Source: Bacteroidota bacterium
GTDB taxonomy: Bacteria > Bacteroidota > Bacteroidia > Bacteroidales > JAAUTT01
Direction: 5' to 3'
Length of the DNA: 64,000 bases
NCBI GenBank assembly: GCA_020048915.1
Contig: JAIFLU010000230.1
Coordinates: forward strand, 12,697 to 76,696
Below the pieces are notes generated by a model. The model had not been told where the DNA came from and searched no databases. It saw only the letters and a list, made by a program, of their open reading frames with translations. Shown here piece by piece: positions 21,001 through 30,644 of the stretch (positions within the stretch are counted from its first letter, which is position 1; each line of letters opens with the position of its first letter). A program made the position numbers and the translations under genes.

Positions 21001-21859
21001 CGAAAGCTTTTTTCATTTAAAGAACGCCAAAAACATTGAAATAACTTTTGTCAATAAAGAGGAAAAAAATAAATTCGAAATATTTACTGACCGGGTACGA
21101 TTTAACCAAATATTTACGAACCTGTTAAATAATGCCTATAAATATACCGATAATGGGTATATCCGGTTTGGATATGAAATACATGACAATTATGCCCTAT
21201 TTTATGTTTCCGATACCGGAATTGGTATTGAAGATTCGGAGCATGATAAGATTTTTGGTCATTTTTATAAAATTGAAAACGATCCCAACAAAGTGTATCG
21301 GGGAACCGGAATAGGACTGGCAATTTGCATGAAGATGGTTAACCTGCTGGGAGGGAAAATATGGGTGAACTCTAAAGTGGATAAAGGATCCACATTTTAT
21401 TTCAATCTGCCTTTGGATCCCAAAGTGGAGATCGATTTCCCCATACCTGAAAAGAATAATATCACTTCCTCTTTTCTATTAAAGGACTGTATCATCCTGA
21501 TTGCTGAAGATGAACTATTCAATTACCAGCTTCTTCAAAACCTGCTAGAACCACTCAATGCTGAACTCATTTGGGCCTATAACGGGAAAAAAGCAGTTGA
21601 ATATATCGCCGAACGGCCAGGTATAAAGAATTGTATTGTATTAATGGACATAAAAATGCCGGATTTGGATGGTTATGAAGCAACAAAGCAAATTAAGGCA
21701 ATTAATAACACCATTCCTATTATTGCTGTTACAGCATATGCGCAGAAAAGTGAGAAGGAAAGAATCCTGAACAGTCAGTTCGACGACTATATTTCAAAAC
21801 CCATTGATATGGAAGTTTTGTTCGAAGTTTTATCGAAATATACTAATAATGGAAAGTAA
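18077..21859 (+). CDS. hybrid sensor histidine kinase/response regulator with two-component-regulator propeller domains
   Basis: 1260 aa with a signal peptide and many WIGT/WVGT propeller repeats. Then one TM segment, a coiled coil and the H-box SHEIRTPMNAI. Ends with a HATPase (GTGIGLAI) and a C-terminal receiver (DIKMPDLDGYE). No HTH domain. Confidence 0.85.
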   Translation: MKKIFLLFCLFFQIYQSFSQGNRLNFKRITTLNGLSNNWVRCVYHDNKGFIWVGTSDGLNRFDGTEFKIFRPQQYSHQSLGDIAINFITRKDSDELWIGTDMGLYTFNTKLELLVANPLLKNLPVLCFMRNGDSEFWFGTDNGLFKYNTPDSSLITFKNKIGDKSTISSDYINVIFKDANSDIWIGTKKGLHLYQPKSNSFIVYKASNKPGDISGDDVLAICMDKQDQIWVGTSQNGINQLLKPKEGKISFRQISEGAIVRLLVDYQNRLWAVKSSGGGLERIDLNAYYSTNTLRIEHYYSDPTDSKSLSDNSLFSIYEDRLNDIWIGTFGGGLNYFSNREKKFHIARETILDKNSIKNNLVNAFLEEEKYLWIGTEGGLDRYDKQKGTFTHFKNNPGNHSSISANAIYSIIKDSKGNLWIGTWMGGLNQYNYKTQTFKRYLPDEKPGSLKNGNVFSILEDSRGNLWIGTSGGGLSLYDYKTGKFKLFVNDEKNSLSINSNFINQLFETSNGELFISTYGAINTFNYNTQNFVHYHYNKDERNSGSFITTIFEDSKKHIWIAANNGLKLFDAKQNPAFTEKPVYVLPDNTIQGILEDSHENLWVSTNNGLLKIVQGVNLPKDPTIHQFTEIDGLSGTEFKKRAAYKSKDGVMFFGTSKGYTFFHPDSILFNTSKPKIIFTSFQLLFTQISENKKYQPILQNISEIDTLELDYRNSNFQIRFVALNFLNPEKNQYQYKLVGYNEDWIESGNSRVATYTNIQPGNYTFMVKGANNDGVWCEEPKLLHIIIHPPWRETLAFKIIVAIAAIFLLILFYRIRFSFLEKQKKHLEKSVLERTNELSEMNSVLEERQEEIFVQNIEIEKHRNHLEKIVEERTDELVKAKIKAEESDRLKSSFLANLSHEIRTPMNAIYGFSGLLNNDNLTKEKRSGFLKIINSSCESLLVLINDIIDISIIEAHHLDLNNEVFLVDEVLLNLESFFHLKNAKNIEITFVNKEEKNKFEIFTDRVRFNQIFTNLLNNAYKYTDNGYIRFGYEIHDNYALFYVSDTGIGIEDSEHDKIFGHFYKIENDPNKVYRGTGIGLAICMKMVNLLGGKIWVNSKVDKGSTFYFNLPLDPKVEIDFPIPEKNNITSSFLLKDCIILIAEDELFNYQLLQNLLEPLNAELIWAYNGKKAVEYIAERPGIKNCIVLMDIKMPDLDGYEATKQIKAINNTIPIIAVTAYAQKSEKERILNSQFDDYISKPIDMEVLFEVLSKYTNNGK

Positions 21860-22134
21860 GATAATTATGATTTTTATAATGACTTTAATCTATAAAACAA
21901 AAGGATAAACCGAAGTGCTCATTAATTGTTAACCATATTTCTATTACTTGTGTTTAAGATCTGAAATTCGCACGGGGTCAGATGTTGAATTTAATGAGGA
22001 ACAGTCTCCTTTCATTACATTTACGGAAAATTCATCAAACACTCCCCTAATACAAATAGTAGATCTAAGTTAGGTTCGAAATGTGGAATTTATCAGTTGA
22101 TTATTAGAACCAAAGGATAAGAAACCCGAAATAC

Positions 22135-23373
22135 TTAGAATATTTCCAGTCCAAGCATAGTAATATCGTCAAATATGGCAGTATTACCATCTTTAATTGA
22201 TTGATATTCTATTATCTGTAAAATATTATCTTCGATTGATGCCTGGTTGCATAGACTTTCTTCCAAAAATTTAGTACCAACACTTACATTTTCTCCTTCG
22301 AGCAGTTCTACCAGTCCATCAGTATAACATAGTATTTTTATGGGTTCAGTGACCTGCAAATCTCCTTTTACAATATATGGGATATCATCTAGCATACCCA
22401 AACCAACGCATCCACTGCGTAAAAATGTCAGTTTTTGAGTTTGTTTCATAAATAATAGCGGGGGATTATGCCCCGCATTAATATATTCCAGCTCTCTCGA
22501 TTTTCCGTTATAGCGACCAATAAAAAAGGTGATGAATTTCTCCCCTTTTGCATTCGAAAGTACCCGTTCATTTAATCGTTCAATCAAAAAACTTAACGGA
22601 ATCTCCTTTGTAAACAAGGCCCGTAAAGTTGCCTGGAAATTCGACATTAACAAAGCTGCAGATATACCTTTGCCAGATACATCGGCAATACAAAAACCAA
22701 TTTCGTGTTCGTCTAGTCGAATAACATCGTAATAGTCACCTCCTACTTCAAAATGAGGCTGGTAAAAGGCAGAGACCATCAAGTCTTTTGTATGGGGGAG
22801 CGTGTTATTTTGTGGAATAAGCATTGCCTGCATCTTTCGGGCTAGGTCAAGCTCTTTTTTCATGGCTGCTTGTTTTAGGCTATCTTTAAATAGCCTGACA
22901 TTTTCGATTGTGGTAATAATGATATTGGTGAGGGTTTGAATAAAATTGAGGTGTTTTATAACCGGACTTACTCCATCCTGTTCTTCTTCAATATCACCAA
23001 TAAGTACATAAGCAACCAGGATATTATTATTAAATACCGGTATTACAATGTCGTAAGAAGTAAGGGCAAGGTTACTGGAAGAAGTAATAAAGGTAATGTC
23101 CTGAAAAACTAAAAGATCACGCTCAACATCGATATTTACATGCGTTGGTAAACCATCTTCGCCACATTGAGAGCTTAGTAACTTTTCCCAACCATTATTA
23201 TAGCGGAAAATAAGTATTTTGCCAATTTTCAGATTCTCTAAAAGTATATTTTTATAGAGAAGGAGAAGGTCTCCAATAGGCATGTTTGCATTAATTGCCT
23301 GGGTAATTTCCAGCAATGCATTGAGCTTAAAATTTATAATTTTCAACTTTTTAAGCGATGCCTTCTCTATCAT
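22135..23373 (-). CDS. GAF-domain PP2C/SpoIIE-family serine phosphatase
   Basis: 412 aa. C-terminal SpoIIE/PP2C motifs GGDYYD, CIADVSGKG, GHNPPLL and YTDGLVE. Confidence 0.8.
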   Translation of the reverse strand: MIEKASLKKLKIINFKLNALLEITQAINANMPIGDLLLLYKNILLENLKIGKILIFRYNNGWEKLLSSQCGEDGLPTHVNIDVERDLLVFQDITFITSSSNLALTSYDIVIPVFNNNILVAYVLIGDIEEEQDGVSPVIKHLNFIQTLTNIIITTIENVRLFKDSLKQAAMKKELDLARKMQAMLIPQNNTLPHTKDLMVSAFYQPHFEVGGDYYDVIRLDEHEIGFCIADVSGKGISAALLMSNFQATLRALFTKEIPLSFLIERLNERVLSNAKGEKFITFFIGRYNGKSRELEYINAGHNPPLLFMKQTQKLTFLRSGCVGLGMLDDIPYIVKGDLQVTEPIKILCYTDGLVELLEGENVSVGTKFLEESLCNQASIEDNILQIIEYQSIKDGNTAIFDDITMLGLEIF

Positions 23374-23553
23374 GGTAGCATTATTTTAAGGTTATATGCT
23401 CAAAATAGAGCTGCTAAAAATGAAACATGAATTAGAAACTGCTAAAGCATGTTTAATGTTTCTTTACAGAGTTTAAATTACCTGAAACTACCAGCAATTT
23501 AATTTCCTGAGCAAACCTTAATTATATTGCTAAAATACAATTTTTTTTGTTCA

Positions 23554-24123
23554 CTATTCTTTTGCTCTTTCAGAATAAGTTTTATCGCGGGTATCGACTT
23601 TAATTTTTTCTCCCTGGCTAATAAAAAGCGGGACATGAATAATAGCTCCAGTTTCGAGTGTAGCAGGTTTAAGTGCCGTTGATGATGCGGTATCTCCTCT
23701 TAGTCCGGGTTCGGTATAGGTAACTTCTAATACAACATGAGGAGGAAGTTCGCACGAAAGAGGAGTTTCAGAGTCGGTATGATAAACAACTTCAACATAT
23801 TGTCCCTCTTTTAAAAACTCCGGAGTGTTAATGAGATTTTTATCTACCGAAAGTTGTTCGAAAGTTTCCACATGCATCAGGTGATAACCCGATTCGTCAT
23901 TGTATAAATAGGTATATGGTCTGCGCTCTACATTAGCAAGGTCTATTTTTACACCAGAGTTAAATGTATTTTCGATAACCCGTCCGTTTGTGAGGCTTTT
24001 TAATTTTGTGCGGACAAAGGCCGGTCCTTTACCAGGTTTTACATGTTGAAATTGAACAATAGTAAATAAATCGTTATTATACTCAATACACAAACCGTTC
24101 TTGAAATCTGCTGTTGTTGCCAT
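23554..24123 (-). CDS. efp: elongation factor P
   Basis: 189 aa with [14 protein letters not shown] and the overall EF-P pattern. Confidence 0.95.
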   Translation of the reverse strand: MATTADFKNGLCIEYNNDLFTIVQFQHVKPGKGPAFVRTKLKSLTNGRVIENTFNSGVKIDLANVERRPYTYLYNDESGYHLMHVETFEQLSVDKNLINTPEFLKEGQYVEVVYHTDSETPLSCELPPHVVLEVTYTEPGLRGDTASSTALKPATLETGAIIHVPLFISQGEKIKVDTRDKTYSERAKE

Positions 24124-24144
24124 TCGTTATGATTTAATTTTCGG

Positions 24145-24152
24145 CAAAAATA
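24145..24152 (-). promoter_or_regulatory. candidate Bacteroidota -7 promoter box (TATTTTTG) for efp
   Basis: The reverse strand reads TATTTTTG (TAnnTTTG consensus), about 20 nt upstream of the efp ATG. Confidence 0.35.
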
Positions 24153-24308
24153 ATTAAATCAATTCATTGCCAAAGAAAAGATTTTAAAGATAGGGTAAGT
24201 TATTTCGTTTTTATTTTACGAATACCAATAACCAATAGGAATTTAAAGAATAATTAATTGTCAAAAATAATTTTTAGGGCAAGAATTGATCTTAAAAGGA
24301 ATTGCGTT

Positions 24309-25100
24309 TTATTTTTTCTTAATAATGGATTTGAACTCGTATTTAGTGTTTTGATATTCGACTAAATCACATCGAAACGACCCAACAATCATATCAAATT
24401 TTACGCTAATAGGAAGCTTATTTTCATCATCGCTTAGCCAAAAGAGCATATCATCATTTTCTTTAAATATGCGACCAGGCTCAACAATAGGCACAAATTT
24501 CAAACAGCGCATTTCACCCATTTTCGTTGAAATTGTTTCTTTCCCTTTATAAATTACATAAAGTGGGAAAAGCCCATCGAAATATGTGTCGATATATACC
24601 ATATCGCCAATTTTATAATTCGAAAAATTGATGCGACGGAGGTAAAATAAAGCCGAAATCATATCGAAACAATTCTGAGGAACCTTCACTATTCCTTTCC
24701 TGTCACTATTTATAGTATTATCCGATCGGTTATATATTACTTCTTCACGAAGTTTATAATTCCCTTCACTTACATTTCGAACTGCCTTGTATGGCAGGGA
24801 CGTTTTTAAATCGAAATAACTTTCGTAAATATCTTTTACCTTAAAAATTTTGTCGACAATACCGGTTGTTTTTGCCAAAACAGTAGCATGAAAAACATCT
24901 TTGTTGTCCAATGCCTCCTGTTTCAGAGTTATTATAGCCATTCCTCCACTAATAAAACCATAATGAAGATTATATTTTAATACCTCTCCATTTTTGAATG
25001 GTAAATTTCCCGAAACCGGCGGGATTTGATCTCCAAAAGCAGTGGGAATAATTAATATGAAACTAAGTAGTATATAATTAAAGATCTTCATGAAACTCAA
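24309..25100 (-). CDS. DUF3108-like exported protein
   Basis: 263 aa with a signal peptide. Pattern GEVLKYNLHYGFISGG...FKVKDIYESYFD resembles DUF3108. Assignment is from memory. Confidence 0.5.
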   Translation of the reverse strand: MSFMKIFNYILLSFILIIPTAFGDQIPPVSGNLPFKNGEVLKYNLHYGFISGGMAIITLKQEALDNKDVFHATVLAKTTGIVDKIFKVKDIYESYFDLKTSLPYKAVRNVSEGNYKLREEVIYNRSDNTINSDRKGIVKVPQNCFDMISALFYLRRINFSNYKIGDMVYIDTYFDGLFPLYVIYKGKETISTKMGEMRCLKFVPIVEPGRIFKENDDMLFWLSDDENKLPISVKFDMIVGSFRCDLVEYQNTKYEFKSIIKKK

Positions 25101-25143
25101 TTATTTCAATTATTATAACGATTCTAATCCGGATTTGTTTTAT

Positions 25144-25851
25144 CTACAAAACTTTTCGTTTCGGTATAGTAGCAACAAAATCTTTGAGATAAAAAGGCTC
25201 AAAGTACGCAAGGTTTTCAAAACATTTTTTTCCAAATAAATCCTCCGAACGGGTTGCCATGTGTGATGCATTTAATGTAAAATTATCAAAAAAAATAGCA
25301 TTGGGATTTATAATTAAAGGTTTACATTTTTCAGCGCCATTTCCGAAAAATACTATTTTATGATCTTTAAGGTCTTCTGCAAAGCTATCCTCTTGAATAA
25401 TAACTGCTGAAGTTTCAGAACAAGGAGTTCCATTTTTTTGAAACATTGCCAGATAAACTTCAAGTCTTCTTGCATCCAGCATAGGACAGAAAATGGTACT
25501 TTCTGGGAGAGATGTTAATGCATCTGATAAATCAATATTCAGTCCATTCATCATGCATTCTAAGGTATTAATGGCTATCAGGGGCTTATGAATACCATAA
25601 CAAATGCCTTTTGCTACCGACACACCGATACGCAAACCAGTATATGATCCAGGACCTTTACTAACACAAACTGCATCTAAGTCAGTTACAGGAATATTAT
25701 TCTTATCGAACAGATCATCTATAAGCACTGTTAACACGGATGCATGCGAACGTTGCTCATTGCTTTGTAATGCAGCAATTGAATTTCCATCTTTGGAAAG
25801 AGCTACCGAGCAAGTGTCGGTTGAGGTTTCAATATTTAAAATTAGGGCCAT
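25144..25851 (-). CDS. tsaB: tRNA t6A biosynthesis protein TsaB
   Basis: 235 aa with ILNIETSTDTCSVAL and GPGSYTGLRIG. Confidence 0.85.
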   Translation of the reverse strand: MALILNIETSTDTCSVALSKDGNSIAALQSNEQRSHASVLTVLIDDLFDKNNIPVTDLDAVCVSKGPGSYTGLRIGVSVAKGICYGIHKPLIAINTLECMMNGLNIDLSDALTSLPESTIFCPMLDARRLEVYLAMFQKNGTPCSETSAVIIQEDSFAEDLKDHKIVFFGNGAEKCKPLIINPNAIFFDNFTLNASHMATRSEDLFGKKCFENLAYFEPFYLKDFVATIPKRKVL

Positions 25852-25878
25852 CTTTAAATAATATTGGCCGCAAGATAG

Positions 25879-27201
25879 TTACTTTTTAACTTTTTTAGTA
25901 TCGTCCTTTTTGTCTGCCTTCTTTATCAGCATTCCATCTTTAAGTTTTTTATTGATAACACTATAAGGGCCAGTAACTATTTCTTCCTCGGGTTTAATTC
26001 CTTCTTTTATTTCAATAAAATAACTATCCTGAATTCCCGTCTTCACCTTTTTGTGCTGGGCTTTGCCATCCTTTATTACATAAACAATTTCTTTGGGTTC
26101 TTCACTTTTTGAAACAGAAGCATTAATAATACTATCTTTTTTAGTTGAATCTCTCAGAATTGTAATAGCTTGAATAGGGACAGAAATTACGTTGAATACC
26201 TTTTCGGTTTGTATATCCACGGTAGCCGACATCCCTGGTCTGAAGGGATTAGGATTTTGCTGGGTGGTGATTGCTTTATACGAGGAAGCCAAGAGGAATA
26301 TCCGAACTTCGAAATTTGTAACCTGATCGGATGTTAAGCCGGTTGTGGTTGCAGAATTTGCTATTTCAGTAACAACGCCTTGAAATTTTTGATTAAGGTA
26401 AGCGTCAACCTCCACTAAAGCAGTATCGCCAAGTGAGATCCGGGTAATATCATTTTCGTTTACATCCACTTTCACCTCCATACGACTGAGATCGGCAACA
26501 CGCAAAAGTTCTGTACCGGTCATCATATTGGTACCCACTACACGTTCTCCTAATTCTACATTTAACTTTGAAACTGTTCCACTCATAGGGGCATAAATGG
26601 TAGTTTTAAATAAATTCTCGTTCGAAACTTTAAGAGATGCTTCGGAATTTTTTACCTGAAATTCTGCTGCATTTGCACTTTGTTTTGCCGCTTCAACATC
26701 GGCCTTAACAACTTTAAAAGAGCTTTCGGCAGCTTCCCATTCGCTTTGTGAAATGGTTTTTTGTTCCCACAGTTTCTTATTACGTTCGTAGGAGAGTTGC
26801 TCTTTTTCGAGCTGAGCAGTAGATTGTGCCAACCGGGCCCTTGAATTTGCAAGGTTAGATTTGGATGAGTTTACTCCGGCTTCTGCCTGATCACGGTTGC
26901 TTTTATAAATATCGGGTTTAATACGTAGAAGAAGTTTCCCTTTTTCAACATAGTCGCCTTCTTTAACATATAACTCAATAATTTCGCCCGATACTTCGGG
27001 GCTTATTTTTACTTCGGTTTCGGGCTGTACTTTACCGTTGGCAGTAATAGCTTCTACTATAGTTCTCTTAGTAGCAACCTCGGTTGTTACTTCCGTAGGC
27101 TTTTCTTTACCAATCCATCCGGCTTTTTTACCTACTACTGCAAAAATAATCAGCACCACTGCTGCAATTAATACGTATTTTAAAAGATTTTTCTGTTTCA
27201 T
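25879..27201 (-). CDS. efflux periplasmic adaptor subunit (HlyD/MacA-like)
   Basis: 440 aa. N-terminal TM segment, a long coiled-coil hairpin and barrel-sandwich segments. Confidence 0.85.
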   Translation of the reverse strand: MKQKNLLKYVLIAAVVLIIFAVVGKKAGWIGKEKPTEVTTEVATKRTIVEAITANGKVQPETEVKISPEVSGEIIELYVKEGDYVEKGKLLLRIKPDIYKSNRDQAEAGVNSSKSNLANSRARLAQSTAQLEKEQLSYERNKKLWEQKTISQSEWEAAESSFKVVKADVEAAKQSANAAEFQVKNSEASLKVSNENLFKTTIYAPMSGTVSKLNVELGERVVGTNMMTGTELLRVADLSRMEVKVDVNENDITRISLGDTALVEVDAYLNQKFQGVVTEIANSATTTGLTSDQVTNFEVRIFLLASSYKAITTQQNPNPFRPGMSATVDIQTEKVFNVISVPIQAITILRDSTKKDSIINASVSKSEEPKEIVYVIKDGKAQHKKVKTGIQDSYFIEIKEGIKPEEEIVTGPYSVINKKLKDGMLIKKADKKDDTKKVKK

Positions 27202-27307
27202 TTTGGTGGAAAAATTGAAATATGGTTTCTTATATTTTTAATTATGTATTTCTTTTTGTCGAAAATTGTTTGGCTAAAATCAGCATAAATTATAACAGGT
27301 AATATTT

Positions 27308-28675
27308 TTACAATTTAACCTGTCCGTTTTTATAAAACTCAAGAACTTTTGATTTAAATATATAATTATATTTTGATTGTAATAAATCTGATTGGGCAGC
27401 TGTAAGTTGATTTTTTGAAGTACTGTAATCAACAAAATTCATTAATCCCAATTCAAATTTTTGTGAAATACTTCGAAACGATTCTTCGTTGTATTTGACT
27501 GCATTTTCGGAAGCATTATAGCGCTTAAAAGCAGCGATGGCATCTGTTTGCGCTTGTTGTATCTCTTTAAACAATTGCTTCTTGGCAATTTCAAGCTGAT
27601 ACTCTGAATTTAATACTCCTAATTTTGAATTACTTATGTTTGTGTTTACCATCCAGCCATTAAAAATTGGGATAGATGCCCCCAACGAAACGGTGCTGCT
27701 GACATTATCGGCAAATTGATCTTTTAATAAATAGTTGGCGTAAATTGGAGTATTAGTATTCGGATCGAACCCAATAACTTTTTGTCTGGAATCGGAGTAT
27801 GCAGTTCCATACGAATACGAAAGGGAAAGGGCAATACTGCGACCTCCTTTCGCAACCTTCAACGCTTTTTCTGAGCTTTTTAAAGAATAATCGGCTTGTT
27901 TAATTTGCGGTAAATTTACTATTGCCTGCTGATATATTTCATCTATGGAGGAAGTAATATTAGCAATTGGGAAATTCGAAAAATCGGGCTTTAATATCTC
28001 AAAATTTTTAACAGTGTCTAAATCGAGCATTTGCTTGAGGTTAAGAAGCGAAATATCTACCTGATTTTGGGCATTTACCAGATTCAATTCTTCATTGGCA
28101 ACCTGGGCTTGTATTTCGAAATATTTGCTCTGGGGAACACTTCCAGCTTCATATAATTGCTGTGTTCTTGTTTGTTGAAGTTTTGAAATTTCAAGCTGGT
28201 TCCTCGTGTTTTCACTTAATTCCCTGTTCAATAATAATTGCAGGTAGGCAAGTGCTAAATTCAGAGAAATGTCGTTTTTAAATTTTTGAACTTCTTCTAT
28301 CCCCGAAAGAACTTTGTATTTGTTTTCCAGAATAGTATTTATTTTCTGAAAACCATTGAACAAGGTAACCGAACTATTGATGGATGTGTTTAACGACTTT
28401 ACTGTTTTATTCTCTGTATATTGATAGGTAGTTTGATCGAGCGCCCGCCCCATTGATATGGAATAATTTCCGTTAGCGTTAAGGTTTGGCAATATGCCTA
28501 GCCTCGATTGATTATAACTGTTCTTGTAGTATTGAATATTAATCTCCTGTACTTTAATTTGAAGGTTATTTTGTAAAGCATACGTAATGCATTGTTCCAA
28601 TGTCCAGGGAGTTTGCGAAAATGTTGAAATAAAGCAGAAGAAAAGGAGTGTTATGCTAAAAAAAGCGGCTTTCAT
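27308..28675 (-). CDS. TolC-family outer membrane efflux protein
   Basis: 455 aa with a signal peptide and two OEP-type repeats. Lies immediately upstream of the adaptor gene. Confidence 0.85.
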   Translation of the reverse strand: MKAAFFSITLLFFCFISTFSQTPWTLEQCITYALQNNLQIKVQEINIQYYKNSYNQSRLGILPNLNANGNYSISMGRALDQTTYQYTENKTVKSLNTSINSSVTLFNGFQKINTILENKYKVLSGIEEVQKFKNDISLNLALAYLQLLLNRELSENTRNQLEISKLQQTRTQQLYEAGSVPQSKYFEIQAQVANEELNLVNAQNQVDISLLNLKQMLDLDTVKNFEILKPDFSNFPIANITSSIDEIYQQAIVNLPQIKQADYSLKSSEKALKVAKGGRSIALSLSYSYGTAYSDSRQKVIGFDPNTNTPIYANYLLKDQFADNVSSTVSLGASIPIFNGWMVNTNISNSKLGVLNSEYQLEIAKKQLFKEIQQAQTDAIAAFKRYNASENAVKYNEESFRSISQKFELGLMNFVDYSTSKNQLTAAQSDLLQSKYNYIFKSKVLEFYKNGQVKL

Positions 28676-28775
28676 AAGTTTAGGGTTTATTGTTGATAAA
28701 GATATATAATTATTTTCGGATGTGTAGCGATAAGGAACTAAATTGCGCCTTTATTCAGTTGATTGACGATTAATT

Positions 28776-29492
28776 ATGCCGCAGAAATATTACCAGCATC
28801 CAGCTTTTGGAGAAATTGCTTTAAAAAAAAACAAGCTATCGAAAGGTTTACGGATAACAATCCGACCTTCTAATGCTATTACGGTTACTTTTCCCTGGCA
28901 CCTCACCTACAACGATGCTATCCGGTTTATCCTGGAAAAATCAGACTGGATATCCAATAGCCTAAAAAAAATTGAAACTATTCCTCATAAAAAAATATTT
29001 TTACCTGATATTGAGTTTAAAACATTTGCCCATGAATTGCATTTCGAAAAAATCGACCAGGGGGAGGTTTATGTAAAAGTAAATCGTGAAAAGATTGTAG
29101 TGCATTACTGTGATAAGAACAAACTGTCAACAGAGCAGGTTCAATTATTTATTCATCAGGCAATTGAAAAAGTATTACGCATTGAAGCATTGAAATATCT
29201 GCCTTCCCGGGTAGATTTTTATGCCACGAAATTTAGTTTGAAATACAATCATGTTTCAGTAAAGAAGATGAGGACACGTTGGGGAAGTTGCTCCAGTTCA
29301 GGAAATTTGAACTTTAATATCCATTTAATGCGGTTGCCAGTGCATTTAATCGATTATGTGATTTTACATGAACTAGCTCATACAAAACAACATAATCATG
29401 GGCCAAATTTTTGGAAACTATTAGAGGAACTTTCAGGAAATGCGAAAGGATTATCGCGCGAGATGAAAACATACAGAACAAGCATAGTCTAG
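28776..29492 (+). CDS. YgjP/DUF45-type M48 zinc metallopeptidase
   Basis: 238 aa with WGSCSSSGNLNFN and the zinc motif HELAH. Confidence 0.8.
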   Translation: MPQKYYQHPAFGEIALKKNKLSKGLRITIRPSNAITVTFPWHLTYNDAIRFILEKSDWISNSLKKIETIPHKKIFLPDIEFKTFAHELHFEKIDQGEVYVKVNREKIVVHYCDKNKLSTEQVQLFIHQAIEKVLRIEALKYLPSRVDFYATKFSLKYNHVSVKKMRTRWGSCSSSGNLNFNIHLMRLPVHLIDYVILHELAHTKQHNHGPNFWKLLEELSGNAKGLSREMKTYRTSIV

Positions 29493-30367
29493 GATAATGC
29501 ATTCTGTTTTGCAGGAATATTTAAGTCGCTGGTAAGAATAGAGTCGAGTGAAATTACATATTGCAATGCTTTCTGTTCGCCAAAGAGAACTTCAAATTCG
29601 TTTTCAACAAAGCTTTTAATATTGGTTTCCCAATCTAAATAAGATAAAGTAGAGATTTTTCCTAATTCGCGTTTTTCGAAAAAGCGTTTTAAAATATTAA
29701 CTTTAGAATGGAATGCCAGAAAGGCTTTAATGGCAATTCGCAATTCATTGCTAAGGAAGTTTTCAATTATTTTAAATTCCGTGGGGATCACTTCGAAAGT
29801 AGATTCATAAAAATTACTGAAAGCATTATTCCAGTTAATATAATGAATTAGGTAATTTGTAATTTTAAAAACTTCCCGGTTTTCGTCCTGGTCAATTGTC
29901 TTCAGGAAAATACTTTTTAGTTCCTCAAGGTACCATGCTTTAATTTTGCTATCGAGCTTTTGTGATATTTCTTCGGTATATTTTGTATAATCTTCGCTAA
30001 AATTATTTAGTGTAAAATCTTTGTTTGTAAAGGGTTGGTTATATTCTATGATACGGGTGATAACTGCAACCTCATCTTGTAGTAAGTGATATAATGGAAA
30101 TAATTTTACGCGATGGATGTCTTCAAAAAATTTATCAGAAAAATAGCCCTGCAATAAAAGCTCATATAAGTCTTTATTGTTTTTGGTTATGCGTTCAATG
30201 TCGCTTCGGTAAATTTTAAGATGTTCGTTGATTTTACTTTTTATTTGAGCCTTTTTACCATTGACAATTATTTGAATATACAAGGGATAGTGCTTCTCTT
30301 TATTAAGTGATTTAGCCTTAGCCCTTTTATTCAAATAGTGTTTTACAGTAATTTTTTTTTGCACCAT
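29489..30367 (-). CDS. hypothetical protein with integrase Arm-like N-terminus and no catalytic domain
   Basis: 292 aa. The N-terminus ITVKHYLNKRAKAKSLNKEKHYPLYIQIIVNGKKAQIKSKI resembles the Arm DNA-binding domain of Bacteroidota tyrosine integrases. No R..HxxR..Y catalytic signature downstream. Confidence 0.5.
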   Translation of the reverse strand: MVQKKITVKHYLNKRAKAKSLNKEKHYPLYIQIIVNGKKAQIKSKINEHLKIYRSDIERITKNNKDLYELLLQGYFSDKFFEDIHRVKLFPLYHLLQDEVAVITRIIEYNQPFTNKDFTLNNFSEDYTKYTEEISQKLDSKIKAWYLEELKSIFLKTIDQDENREVFKITNYLIHYINWNNAFSNFYESTFEVIPTEFKIIENFLSNELRIAIKAFLAFHSKVNILKRFFEKRELGKISTLSYLDWETNIKSFVENEFEVLFGEQKALQYVISLDSILTSDLNIPAKQNALS

Positions 30368-30644
30368 TTTAATTTTTATCTAATTAAAAACCCAGACCTC
30401 CCTCTACAACTTCTCTATACGCTTTCTATGGGCTTTTTGGTTATTACTTAAAATTAAAGAATTACGAGCAATTAAACAAAATTGTTGTTTTAAATAATGT
30501 TCAACAATTTGTAATTTTTGCTCTTATACTATAGAATTTATTAAAAAGTTGTAATATTTTAAAATTATTTTTGCCCTGTCCTACCTACCAATAAACGAAA
30601 TGCGATTTTATTTCAGATAATATTCAGATTACCAGAAAAATGAT

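Noticed and set aside
30352-30360. Homopolymer (A9 on the coding strand) at codons 3-6 of the Arm-like ORF as a slipped-strand phase-variation switch.
   Set aside because: A8-A9 runs also occur inside ordinary genes in this AT-rich sequence (for example 28823-28831 and 20547-20554). The tract is therefore not distinctive. It is kept only as a note within the related finding.
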